DNA of 64,000 nucleotides from an uncultured Pseudomonadota bacterium (GTDB lineage Bacteria; Babelota; Babeliae; Babelales; RVW-14): NCBI GenBank assembly GCA_964534555.1, contig CAZHRK010000003.1, positions 1 to 64,000 of the forward strand, read 5' to 3'. Shown piece by piece: positions 1 to 9,119 of this stretch (position 1 is its first letter; each line of letters starts with the position of its first letter). The notes under the pieces were generated by a model. It saw only the letters and a program-made list of their open reading frames with translations, ran no database searches and was not told where the DNA came from. The position numbers and the translations under genes were made by a program.

Positions 1-337
1 GGTACTGCCAGGTTAAAAAAGCTCTCAAGCAATTGGGAGCTTTTTTTATTGTCTCAATTCTACAATCTCATATTTTGCATGACATTTTTTTCAATCACTA
101 GGCACTGCGCGATTTAATCAGCTCTTCTTGATGAGCTGTTGTAAGACATACTCTGTCTGATACTACCACTCGTTATACCCTCGCATAGCAGCTATCCACC
201 ACAGAAGTGTTCCCTCCATTCAACTCAATCTCTTGAGTGCGCTATCTTGAGCTGTTCTTGAATTTGGCGTAGATATTTTTATTCATTTTGTTGTTTGCGC
301 AGCTGCGTGTGAGAGCTTTAGTTTTAATTGCATGAAA

Positions 338-383
338 AAGCCCAGCAAGGTGCTCCTGCCTGCCGGGCTTTTATAATTAAACA
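338..383. terminator. GC-rich imperfect hairpin flanked by A/T runs downstream of ltaE
   Basis: aaaaagcccagcaagg...cctgccgggcttttat immediately 3' of the minus-strand ORF ending at 397. Confidence 0.35.
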
Positions 384-396
384 TGTGTAACGCGTT

Positions 397-1419
397 TTAG
401 GTTAGCAACGATACGAATTTTTCAATCTGTTTTTGCTCTGTTGCCCAGCTCGTAATAATTCGAACTGCGGCGTGCTCATTATCAATCTCTTGCCACACAT
501 AAAAATCAAAATGATCGTATAAGCGCGCAATTATTTTTTTGTTGATGATCGGAAAAAGCTGATTTGAAACAGGCTCTTCAAGAAAACTACAGCCAGCGTT
601 TTTTAATGCTGCAGCCAAAAAATCTGCTTTTGCATTTGCTTGATGAGCAATATCAAAAAAGAGGTTGTTTTCAAAGAGCGCTAAGAACTGAGCTCCCAGT
701 GCAGCACCTTTTGCAAGCAGTGCGCCATGTTGTTTAATGTGATATCTAAAATTTTTTTTCAGATCATTATTAGTAATAACAATCGCTTCACCAAAAAGTG
801 CACCATTTTTTGTGCCTCCGATATAAAACATATCACAGAGCTGTGCGATATCTTGAAGTGTGAGTGATGCGTGAGTTGATGTTAACGCAGAGCCTAATCG
901 TGCACCATCAAGGTAAAGCAGTAAGTTATGTTTTTTGCATTCTTGTGAAAGAGCTATTAATTCATTTTTTGAGTACAGTGTCCCCCGCTCGGTCGCATGC
1001 GAGATAAAAACAACGCGGGGTAGCACCATGTGTTCGTCTGTATGTTTGTGCACTGCCTGACTAATCTGTACTGGCGTTAGTTTGCCATGGGCTGCAGGTA
1101 CGGTGTAAATTTTATGGCCTGTTGCCTCGATTGCGCCAGCTTCATGCACTGCGATGTGTCCTGTATCAACCGCGATAATAGCCTCATAGGGTTTGAGCAT
1201 TGAAGCTAATGCTACAATATTTGCCTGTGTTCCACCCGAAACAAAGTGAACGTCACTTGATGGCTGGTTACAATATTGTTTGATAAGATCAGCTGCTTGT
1301 TTGCAGTAGCCGTCATTTCCATAGCCATTTTCTTGAGCACCGTTTATTAATGCAAGCTTTGTAAGTACAGCTGGGTGTGCGCCTTCGCTGTAATCATTTT
1401 TTAGACTGTAACGAACCAT
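397..1419 (-). CDS. ltaE: low-specificity L-threonine aldolase (PLP-dependent beta-eliminating lyase family)
   Basis: 340-aa ORF; N-terminal HPAVLTKL...GYGNDGY, GGTQANIVAL, DGARL and FYIGGTKNGA Lys-containing motif typical of threonine aldolases. Confidence 0.8.
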   Translation of the reverse strand: MVRYSLKNDYSEGAHPAVLTKLALINGAQENGYGNDGYCKQAADLIKQYCNQPSSDVHFVSGGTQANIVALASMLKPYEAIIAVDTGHIAVHEAGAIEATGHKIYTVPAAHGKLTPVQISQAVHKHTDEHMVLPRVVFISHATERGTLYSKNELIALSQECKKHNLLLYLDGARLGSALTSTHASLTLQDIAQLCDMFYIGGTKNGALFGEAIVITNNDLKKNFRYHIKQHGALLAKGAALGAQFLALFENNLFFDIAHQANAKADFLAAALKNAGCSFLEEPVSNQLFPIINKKIIARLYDHFDFYVWQEIDNEHAAVRIITSWATEQKQIEKFVSLLT

Positions 1420-1426
1420 AACGCAC

Positions 1427-2248
1427 TTATTTTGATCTAGCCGCAGCAGTCATTTTTGCACTTTTTGCTTTTTGTTCAGCTTGATAGCCACGTCGCTCAG
1501 GCAACAAATCTGTTACGCCGCGAGCAAGCTTAAACGCAGCAGGCGCCTGATGCATTACGCCATAATAGAGTGCAGTGCAAGGGAGACCAAGTGCATCTGC
1601 CCCGTTTGTATAGTCGCCCAGATTGTCTACGTTATCGTCAACGACAATAACATCATCAATTTCGCTTTCTGAAAATGCAATAAGGTGCATCAAGATTTCA
1701 CCAATATTTGCAGAGCCTGCATGAATAATTCCATTCATAAATGGAGTTATTCTGGTGAATTGCTCAACTGGTTTTTTATATGAATCAATCCAATCAGCTG
1801 TAAGATCCACCCCTACAATTCTAAGTGCGTCACAGATTCCTTTGTTTACGTCACCTGCTGGCATCCTCATGCTTAGTCGCGTAAGCGCCGCAATTTTGCA
1901 ACCAGATGCTCTGAGCGTAGCTATAGTGCCTGCAATGTCATTTTCTATGAGGCGGAATTTAGGTGTGAAGGGATGAATTTTGCGGAGTTCATTTTCTGCT
2001 GAAGTGCGAGATTTATGGTATCCCCTTTTTGCTTGCATAAAATCAAGGCGCGCTTCCCATTCATAAGGCCATCGAGCACAGTCATCAGTTTTTACCAGGG
2101 TATTGAGGCACCCAAAAACGACAAGTGTTTTTTTCCCAGCTGTAAGATGCTCTTGTACTTCTTTAAGGCTTGTAATTGTTTCTAGTGCTGCAGCGCAGAC
2201 AGCCGAGATGCAAAATGTGATAAGTAAGAATGCATAGCGAATAAACAT
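1427..2248 (-). CDS. secreted HAD-superfamily-like protein, paralog of 13113..13991, catalytic Asp pair replaced (likely pseudo-phosphatase)
   Basis: Signal peptide; shares a KTLVVF-G-C-LNT..., G.KIAALTRL, K...IIVVDDN scaffold with the 13113 paralog. The paralog has the HAD motif I DLDNT; here the equivalent is GCLNT. Confidence 0.5.
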   Translation of the reverse strand: MFIRYAFLLITFCISAVCAAALETITSLKEVQEHLTAGKKTLVVFGCLNTLVKTDDCARWPYEWEARLDFMQAKRGYHKSRTSAENELRKIHPFTPKFRLIENDIAGTIATLRASGCKIAALTRLSMRMPAGDVNKGICDALRIVGVDLTADWIDSYKKPVEQFTRITPFMNGIIHAGSANIGEILMHLIAFSESEIDDVIVVDDNVDNLGDYTNGADALGLPCTALYYGVMHQAPAAFKLARGVTDLLPERRGYQAEQKAKSAKMTAAARSK

Positions 2249-2292
2249 GGTACTCCTTTTTTAAAACCACGTTTACTCTAGCACGTTATTTT

Positions 2293-3318
2293 TTATATTC
2301 CAAAAAAGGCATGTGCTCGAGCTATGATGCGATCGAATTCATGCTGATTTGTATCAAGGCCTGATTCGTTGCGAATTGAGCTTACACCTAAAAAACCACC
2401 AGCGCGCGGCGTGTAGTACAGAGCCTCTTTTTTGCCATCCTGTATAACTTTAGCATGAATAATATACTCCTGAACGGGTGCTGCGCCTGCAAGTTCGATT
2501 AAGTGTCCTTGCTCAGGAAACAAGCGCTGGTCATGTGTGAGTGTTTGTGCGCCAAGTCCGGTGCAATTAATAATAACGGGTGAAGTTATTTCATCAAAAG
2601 AAGAAATTTTTTTGATTGAAAGAGAAACGTTATAACTTTTAATGAGAGCGCGTAGCTGATGCATCATCTCTGGCACATTAATAAAAATACTTTTGTACTC
2701 AAGCAGCTCATGCTGCGTCTTGCCGCCAAAATCTAAAAGAACTGGCGTTGGTGAATCAATCAATTCACGCTTAACGTACCAATCAAGGCCCATTTGTGCA
2801 TGTGGGCTTGTATACGCTGGTAAAATACGAGCCGCTGATGAGCTTAAAAATGGGTGTGTGCCTGCGCTAATCTGCTTGTACTTTTCAAGAGAGCGTACAT
2901 TAAGCTTGTCCATCAAAAGCTGTTGTGATGGCGGTGTTTGCCTGCTGTATGCAGGTGCCCACACCCCTGCAGCATTATCAGATGTTAGATCATCAATTTT
3001 GTCTGCTATTATTCCTACAGTATAGCCTGCACGTGTCAGTACGATTGCACTGAGAAGTCCAATGCAGCCAGCGCCAAGTATGGTGATATCAGAATTTTTT
3101 TGTGGTACATGTTCTGTAACAAGCTCACGCATAACATCTGCAGACCCAAGCAGTCGTGTCCAACCAGCACCAGCATGACCATACTGATGAAAAATTTTTT
3201 TGCCGTTTTTTTCTTCATACGAAATTTTAGCGCCACCTCCACGAGCAGGGCGAATGCACGTTATTGTACGTTTGATGTTGTTCTTAAGAACAGGTGGAAT
3301 AAGTGATACTTTTTTCAT
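2293..3318 (-). CDS. FAD-dependent oxidoreductase, D-amino-acid oxidase (DAO) family, apparently circularly permuted
   Basis: N-terminus carries the DAO C-terminal signature (CIRPARGGG...E, FHQYGHAGAGWT ~ GLRPxR...RLE / HNYGHGGYGLT). Then follows the DAO N-terminal dinucleotide fold (ITILGAGCIGLLSAI), AAGVWAPAY, INCTGLGA and PEQGHLIEL. The protein ends where the DAO C-terminal block would normally start. Start taken at MKKVSL (3318) rather than the upstream alternative at 3405. Confidence 0.65.
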   Translation of the reverse strand: MKKVSLIPPVLKNNIKRTITCIRPARGGGAKISYEEKNGKKIFHQYGHAGAGWTRLLGSADVMRELVTEHVPQKNSDITILGAGCIGLLSAIVLTRAGYTVGIIADKIDDLTSDNAAGVWAPAYSRQTPPSQQLLMDKLNVRSLEKYKQISAGTHPFLSSSAARILPAYTSPHAQMGLDWYVKRELIDSPTPVLLDFGGKTQHELLEYKSIFINVPEMMHQLRALIKSYNVSLSIKKISSFDEITSPVIINCTGLGAQTLTHDQRLFPEQGHLIELAGAAPVQEYIIHAKVIQDGKKEALYYTPRAGGFLGVSSIRNESGLDTNQHEFDRIIARAHAFFGI

Positions 3319-3347
3319 AACGTATGATTTTACAGAGATAAAAAGCT

Positions 3348-3626
3348 TTAACGTCGTGGTCTTCTGCAGCAGCAACCACATACTTTTTGTGCAAGCCATA
3401 CGCAAAAATTAAAACATTCAGCTTCGATCGCATCAAGGTGTTCATCGATTCCTTGGGGGCCTCTGTGTGCTTCTATTTCAGGAAAGAAGAAATCATCATC
3501 AATAATTATTTGTTGTGCTGGGATTCGAGCTTGACGCGCGACTCTGTTATCGCGTGCCCATGGTGCTCGACGAGCTTCTGCTATTGATGTGCAAGCAAGT
3601 GCTGTCATAAGTATAAGCTTAAACAT
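3348..3626 (-). CDS. small secreted protein / possible lipoprotein, hypothetical
   Basis: 92-aa ORF with N-terminal hydrophobic segment and lipobox-like TALAC; no homology recognised. Confidence 0.4.
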   Translation of the reverse strand: MFKLILMTALACTSIAEARRAPWARDNRVARQARIPAQQIIIDDDFFFPEIEAHRGPQGIDEHLDAIEAECFNFCVWLAQKVCGCCCRRPRR

Positions 3627-4228
3627 TAGATCCTCGTGTATGCCTGGTAGTGGAGTGTGCGTTCTTGTTCAATACTGAGCTCTTTCCAGCGGGTATGGTA
3701 GAATGTCTGCCAGAAGTACTCATCATTCATAGGATCAAAAAGATTACTTGTAGTGATTTCTTGGCTCATGTAGTCCCATAATTCAGGAACATCTGACGCC
3801 AAGTACAGGGTGCCACCCGGTTTAAGTTTTCTATGGCAGAGCTCAAGGAAAGACTGATTTACAAGGCGGCGCTTTTGGTGGCCTAATTTTGGCCATGGGT
3901 CAGGATGAAAAATAAAGATTCGGTCAATCACGCCGTCATCAAACATAATATCAAGATTCTTTTGCCCATTACCCCAGAAGAGTTTGACGTTTTTTAATTG
4001 GGCTTGATCAACTTTTTCTTGTGCTGCCTCGACAAGGCGTTTTCTAATTTCGTAGCCAACAACAAAGCGCTCTGGGTGGTGCGCTCCATACTGAATCAAG
4101 AAGCTTCCTGTCCCAAAACCCATCTCAACGTCGAGTGTTCCATTAAAATTTTCAAACAACTCGCTGAGAGGTTTTTTCTCGTATGTTTGTAAGCAATTAA
4201 AGGGATTAAGGAGTGTTCTAACTCTCAT
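3626..4228 (-). CDS. trmB: tRNA (guanine46-N7)-methyltransferase
   Basis: 200 aa; motif VEMGFGTGSF (SAM binding) and FHPDPWPK hallmark of TrmB. Confidence 0.85.
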   Translation of the reverse strand: MRVRTLLNPFNCLQTYEKKPLSELFENFNGTLDVEMGFGTGSFLIQYGAHHPERFVVGYEIRKRLVEAAQEKVDQAQLKNVKLFWGNGQKNLDIMFDDGVIDRIFIFHPDPWPKLGHQKRRLVNQSFLELCHRKLKPGGTLYLASDVPELWDYMSQEITTSNLFDPMNDEYFWQTFYHTRWKELSIEQERTLHYQAYTRI

Positions 4229-4326
4229 GATGGGGTCTCATTTTGCTGAAGGCCTATACTGTTTAATACAGCCAACAACTATACCCTAAGTGCCAAAAAA
4301 TTGCATATTGCTTTTCAAATAAGATC

Positions 4327-4872
4327 TTATGGCAGTCTTTTTACGCGGGGTGATCTTCGATCGGCGGAACAGGGCGAAAAAAGGAGTGATTGAATGAGTT
4401 GCAATCTGCATTTTTCTTTTCTGTGATTTGGATCGGATGATTCATAATCGGATGATTCATAAAGTGTATTAAGAATCATCATAAAATCTTCAAGTGTATC
4501 ACCTGCTCTAAGCTCTATCGTAGAGCTGTCTTCATGATTTAGAATATTTTTTGTTGGAAGTTTAGTAGATGAAGAGACTGCTTCATGAGGGTCTGCGCAT
4601 TTGCTTTTAAGACATGCAATAAGCTTACGGTTATAGCATGCTGGGACAGTCTGTATTCCGGCAACAAAAGCCCACAGCGCTGCAGTGTATTCTGATTCAT
4701 TACGAAAGGCTTTTTGTAGCTTGCTAAATTCTTCGGCGCTATATTTTTCTAATGTTTTTATGTACCAGTTACAGAATGTATTTCGGTTACGAATAATTCG
4801 CTCGCTCAGTACTCGAGCCCCTGATACATCTGCGTACACAAAAATAGACAGGAGTAACATTATTAATTTCAT
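4327..4872 (-). CDS. hypothetical secreted protein
   Basis: Signal peptide MKLIMLLLSIFVYADVSGA; contains in-frame 15-nt tandem duplication (4433..4462, ESSDY-ESSD). Confidence 0.5.
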   Translation of the reverse strand: MKLIMLLLSIFVYADVSGARVLSERIIRNRNTFCNWYIKTLEKYSAEEFSKLQKAFRNESEYTAALWAFVAGIQTVPACYNRKLIACLKSKCADPHEAVSSSTKLPTKNILNHEDSSTIELRAGDTLEDFMMILNTLYESSDYESSDPNHRKEKCRLQLIQSLLFSPCSADRRSPRVKRLP

Positions 4873-4937
4873 TATTGCTCTCTTGTATTTAGAAAGACAA
4901 AACAAAAGCACCTGCACATGAAGCTGTAGTATAGCGT

Positions 4938-5462
4938 TTATTTTTCAACGTCTATCAATACTTCATCATCTTCATCTGCAGCTATTTTTGCTCTAGCTTC
5001 TTGTGCTGCATCAATTGACTGGATTAAGTAATCAACCCAATCATAAGATTTTCCTATGCGTTTATACAGATTCTTTGTTATCAGAGCAATATCTTTAAGG
5101 TTCATAGTTGGTTTTATAGTCAGACCACCTATTTTTTGACTTTTTCGTGCCTGTGAATACGAATTTAGTAATGCGCCCCGAGCTATAAGGCCATTAATAA
5201 CTGTTATTGTTTTTTCTTTTGAGTTTGGAACGATTGATCCTGTTGCAAGGTACCAAAGCACAGCGGTTTCATTATGATGAGCTTTAACTATTTTTTTTAG
5301 ATGATTTAATCTTTTATTAGGCTCTTTGTGTGATTGTATTAGTTCTATGTAAGAAAGAGTAACTTCATCTTGGGTTTTTGCTTGCGTGTTTAGTTTAATC
5401 CGTACAGCAAATGCGTTTGGTATTGTCAAAAAAAATAAGAGCATGAATGTCAAAAGGTGCAT
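4938..5462 (-). CDS. hypothetical secreted protein
   Basis: 174-aa ORF, N-terminal signal peptide MHLLTFMLLFFLTIPNAFA. Confidence 0.5.
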   Translation of the reverse strand: MHLLTFMLLFFLTIPNAFAVRIKLNTQAKTQDEVTLSYIELIQSHKEPNKRLNHLKKIVKAHHNETAVLWYLATGSIVPNSKEKTITVINGLIARGALLNSYSQARKSQKIGGLTIKPTMNLKDIALITKNLYKRIGKSYDWVDYLIQSIDAAQEARAKIAADEDDEVLIDVEK

Positions 5463-5483
5463 GCGTTATCCTTACTAGGTTGT

Positions 5484-5861
5484 TTAATCTTCTTTATCTT
5501 TTTTTTCTCGATAAGACTCAGATAGTGCAGCTTGCAGTGCTGCTTGTGGAAGCCCTGCAATGATTTTAATTACCCTGTCATGAATTGGCCGTAAGCGTGC
5601 GCTGCAGCTTGTGTTATCAAGCGCTTCTAGAAGTGCTTCTGCTAATTCACGTTCAGCTAATGAGCTGACAGCTTCCCATGTGAAAATCATAAATTTTTCT
5701 GCACCTGCAATACGCTCAGCAAGTTCTGTCTTGAGGGTCATAAGGTCCCTGCGCATGCCTTCATCAATTATGCTGCGCCTGCTGCCAGCAGCGTGAACTG
5801 ATGAAAAAACACCGATAAGTACTACAGCACTATATGTAATTATGAATTTTAGTTTCTTCAT
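5484..5861 (-). CDS. hypothetical secreted protein
   Basis: 125-aa ORF with signal peptide (MKKLKFIITYSAVVLIGVFSSVHA). Confidence 0.5.
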   Translation of the reverse strand: MKKLKFIITYSAVVLIGVFSSVHAAGSRRSIIDEGMRRDLMTLKTELAERIAGAEKFMIFTWEAVSSLAERELAEALLEALDNTSCSARLRPIHDRVIKIIAGLPQAALQAALSESYREKKDKED

Positions 5862-6096
5862 CTGCTTTCTTGGTTTCCTAAGGCCTTGGTTTCACGTTAT
5901 ATCGACAATCACAGTACATTTCTGCCACAGGTAGGAAAGCAAGACTACGTGCATAAATACCTTTGTCAACAGCTCGGGGTGAGATCTAAAGCCTTATATG
6001 AGGATTTTCTGGAGGAGTGTTGCTTGATTTATGCACAATGTTTTGTAGGCTACGAGCCCTACATTTTAAGATTTTAAAATCAATAAAAGGCTTATA

Positions 6097-7050
6097 ATGA
6101 AAAATTGGGTATTTTTTTTATTCATAAGTTATGCGTTGTTATTTTCTTCAAAGGTTATGTTTGCTGCTGTTGATGTTGCTGTTCGGCGTGAGTCAACCGT
6201 AGCCGTAAAATCAGACCATAAAATTCTTAGTTTTTTACCTGGCCACAGAGTAAATCATTTAACGATGATTCACCAAGATATCTTTGCTCGAATATTGATT
6301 GGGGGCGATGCGTTGTCTATCCCTAACGCACTTTGTGGCTACTCTGCTGCATATGCTGCGGGATTTATGCATGCATATCTTTCTTTAGATCCAGCTGCGT
6401 CTTACGAAGAAATTATGAAATGTTTGAATTTTTTTTCCTGTGGACGATTTTTTATAAAAAAGGCCATCAAGCTTATGATCGAAAAATATGGCCTTAAGCC
6501 AGAAGAAGCTCATATGTGCGCTCTTGGGGGATTAGACGTTTTTGATGTGCTCAAATCAGTTTTTCCTTACGCAGCAAAAGATCTGATCTTGTTATCAGAT
6601 TCTCAAAACATGTATGCAAAAGCAGGTGTATCACTACTACAATTTGAGTACCTAGGCTTGCCAGTTGTAGAAGATCTTGCCATCAAACCACCAGTTATGT
6701 GTTTATTTGTTGGTTCAACAGGCGCGTGCTCAGAGTTAAACGCACGTGATATGTTAAGCGGTAAAATACTGTGTCGTTTTACTGAGATTTTGCGTGGTGA
6801 AAGAAAATGCCAGGTTTTTATTAGTACCAACACGCTCCTTGCAAAAGGACATCATTGGGTCACATTTGTGGTCAGAGAGTCTAGTGTTAAGGGTAAGCTA
6901 GAAGCTCTTGTTGCTGAAGGTGGTAATCATAAATCAATGAGTCATGAGAATTTGTTTGCTACCTATACTTCAGCTGAGGCAAATCCTTGTTACGCACTTC
7001 CGTATATTGTTAAACACATGAGATGCGCTGAGCGTATTGCAGCTGGATAA
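6097..7050 (+). CDS. secreted putative Cys/His papain-fold hydrolase (UCH/OTU-like Cys box), paralog of N-terminal domain of 29506..31446
   Basis: Signal peptide; DALSIPNALCGYSAAY...FMHAY and late GHHWVTFVV align to DASYNGWECGFYSIYHAL / GAHWICFG of the 29506 protein; Cys-then-His order typical of CA-clan peptidases. Confidence 0.5.
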   Translation: MKNWVFFLFISYALLFSSKVMFAAVDVAVRRESTVAVKSDHKILSFLPGHRVNHLTMIHQDIFARILIGGDALSIPNALCGYSAAYAAGFMHAYLSLDPAASYEEIMKCLNFFSCGRFFIKKAIKLMIEKYGLKPEEAHMCALGGLDVFDVLKSVFPYAAKDLILLSDSQNMYAKAGVSLLQFEYLGLPVVEDLAIKPPVMCLFVGSTGACSELNARDMLSGKILCRFTEILRGERKCQVFISTNTLLAKGHHWVTFVVRESSVKGKLEALVAEGGNHKSMSHENLFATYTSAEANPCYALPYIVKHMRCAERIAAG

Positions 7051-7055
7051 ATTAA

Positions 7056-7078
7056 AGGCCAGCCTTAAAAAGCTGGCC
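7056..7078. terminator. bidirectional hairpin terminator between convergent genes
   Basis: aggccagc-cttaaaaa-gctggcc perfect 7-bp GC stem between ORF ending 7050 (+) and ORF ending 7090 (-). Confidence 0.5.
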
Positions 7079-7089
7079 GAATAAGATTT

Positions 7090-7878
7090 CTATAAGCAAT
7101 CAAGTTTCTGTTTGAGTCGTTTGGTGCCGATAATCCACATAATCACCGTGAACATGCTGATTATACCGATGCATGACCAATAGGGTAGTGATCCATCCTG
7201 GCCCAAAGCAGCTGCGCGGCCACATTCCATCACATACATAAATGGATTGAGAAAAACGATGTATGAGAATACAGGGTTTACCTGGTTGAGCGTCTGCCAG
7301 CTAAATTGAAAACAGCCTGCAAACCATAATGGAAATATGAGTCGCATCCAGAGATTTGAAAGTGTTCGCACGCCACCAATAATGCTGCTGCAAAAAAGTG
7401 AAAATACCGCAAAAAACAAACAGCCAACAATCACGATCAAAACGTATTTTGGTGCGCTGAATGCTTGCCAATCAAGTTTGTTTGAAACAAGAAGCAGCGC
7501 TAGCGGTGTTGTTACAGCGCTTGTCATCATGCTGATCGAAAAGTAATAGAGCACGTTTTTTAAAAAAACGAGACTACTTGGGAGTGGTAGCGTCATCTGA
7601 TACAGAATAACTTTATTACCTTCGATATCTATGATGAACTCAATTGCATTTGCATACACTTCCATCATGCCGCCAAGAACACCAAGGGTAACTGCAGTAA
7701 ACGGGCCAAGGTGTGATTGCACCCCAAGTCCTGGAAGCAAGTATGTTGCCGTTAGAAGCACTATAATCATATAAATGCTTAGATTGATCACTTTTGATTT
7801 ATAGAGCGGCATAAAGGCTGTAAGGTCAGCCTTTAGGAGCTGCAAAAAAGTAGGTATATACTGTTTATATGTTTTCAT
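7090..7878 (-). CDS. ABC-2 type transporter permease
   Basis: 262 aa, six predicted TM segments, directly downstream of ABC ATPase (operon). Confidence 0.7.
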   Translation of the reverse strand: MKTYKQYIPTFLQLLKADLTAFMPLYKSKVINLSIYMIIVLLTATYLLPGLGVQSHLGPFTAVTLGVLGGMMEVYANAIEFIIDIEGNKVILYQMTLPLPSSLVFLKNVLYYFSISMMTSAVTTPLALLLVSNKLDWQAFSAPKYVLIVIVGCLFFAVFSLFCSSIIGGVRTLSNLWMRLIFPLWFAGCFQFSWQTLNQVNPVFSYIVFLNPFMYVMECGRAAALGQDGSLPYWSCIGIISMFTVIMWIIGTKRLKQKLDCL

Positions 7879-7889
7879 GGAAAATCCTT

Positions 7890-8645
7890 TTATTCAGCGC
7901 TTTCATCAGATGTTCCGATTATTTTAATAAATACATCTTCGAGTCTGCCTTTTTCATGTTGTTGCTTAAGGTTATCTGGTGTGTCAATAAGGACTATTTG
8001 CCCTTGGTCCATAATGCAGACTCGGTCAGCAAGCGCTTCAGCTTCATCAAGATAGTGCGTTGTTAAGATGATCGTAACCCCATCAGCTTTAAGCTCTTTT
8101 ATAAGCTCCCAAATTTGTAATCTGATGTGTGGGTCAAGCGCTACAGTTGGTTCATCAAGGAGGATAAGCTGGGGCTTGTGCATCAGCGCCCGTGCGATAA
8201 TAAAACGCTGTTTATAGCCTCCAGACAAAATATTAATTGTTCTGTTTGCATATCGAGTGAGCCCAACTTTTTTCATAAGGTTTTTTGCTCGGGCATGAGC
8301 AAGTTCATCAGTAAGGCCATAAAATTTGCCAGAAAAAACTAATGTTTGTTCAAGTGTGAGGTGATCACTAACATTTGGTTTTTGTGGGCAAAATCCTACC
8401 GCATGACGATACGTGTACGGGTCTTGATATATTGATTTGCCATTAAAAAGAATATCCCCGCTTGTCGGCGGCTGCAGCGTTACGATTATTGATGCAAGCG
8501 TTGTTTTGCCTGCACCGTTACTACCAAGTAGGCTTAAAATCTCTCCACGCTTAATGTCTAGAGAGACTCCTTTAAGTGCATGAATTGCTTTTTCGCCAGA
8601 ACCATAGGTTTTTGTGATGTTCTGAATAGAGACTAGAGTACTCAT
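7890..8645 (-). CDS. ABC transporter ATP-binding protein (ABC-2 exporter family)
   Basis: Walker A GSNGAGKTT, signature LSGGYKQR, Walker B LILLDEPT; start chosen at MSTLVS (ATG 8645) preceded by AAGGA RBS rather than upstream ORF start 8717. Confidence 0.85.
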   Translation of the reverse strand: MSTLVSIQNITKTYGSGEKAIHALKGVSLDIKRGEILSLLGSNGAGKTTLASIIVTLQPPTSGDILFNGKSIYQDPYTYRHAVGFCPQKPNVSDHLTLEQTLVFSGKFYGLTDELAHARAKNLMKKVGLTRYANRTINILSGGYKQRFIIARALMHKPQLILLDEPTVALDPHIRLQIWELIKELKADGVTIILTTHYLDEAEALADRVCIMDQGQIVLIDTPDNLKQQHEKGRLEDVFIKIIGTSDESAE

Positions 8646-9119
8646 GCTAACATCCTTAGAATGCTCATAGATAAAAAAATTACAAAATAAAGAATGCCGC
8701 TGCATATGCAACAGCAAGAGATGGGGGCAGTATTGGTGTGCTCAAAGGGTGCACCCCTGGCCCCTAGAGCTCATTAGGTTGTCATAACAACCAGAGAGAT
8801 TTTCATGACAAAAAGATCTTTCTAAGATCGATAGTTTGCAGCAGGGCTGCGGATAACGTCTTTAAAATAAAAATATTAAGCCCAAAAGTCAATTCACTGG
8901 ACCATTTTGATGCTTTGCGCTAGGCTCAAAACGGTAATCTGAAAGGCTCTAATGACCATCCTTGTCTCATTTTCTCAGATGCTTGCCTCATTTCTTGGGG
9001 CGCTTGGTATCTTTCGATCTTGATGCGGCGCTAGTTCGCATAACGATTCTTTTTTCTGAGTCTGTACAGTATACAAGCGCCTGGAGCACCAGGGCGCACT
9101 TTATTTTTTCAAGGATTTT

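Noticed and set aside
1472-1976. ORFs 1472..1672(+) and 1755..1976(+) inside/antisense to the 1427..2248 gene
   Set aside because: Shadow ORFs on the opposite strand of a well-supported CDS; no RBS, no homology
2693-3412. Several 66-110-aa ORFs (2693..3025+, 3036..3242-, 3100..3306+, 3200..3412+, 3387..3587+) overlapping the DAO-family gene
   Set aside because: Overlap a longer ORF with clear family motifs; typical antisense/alternate-frame artefacts
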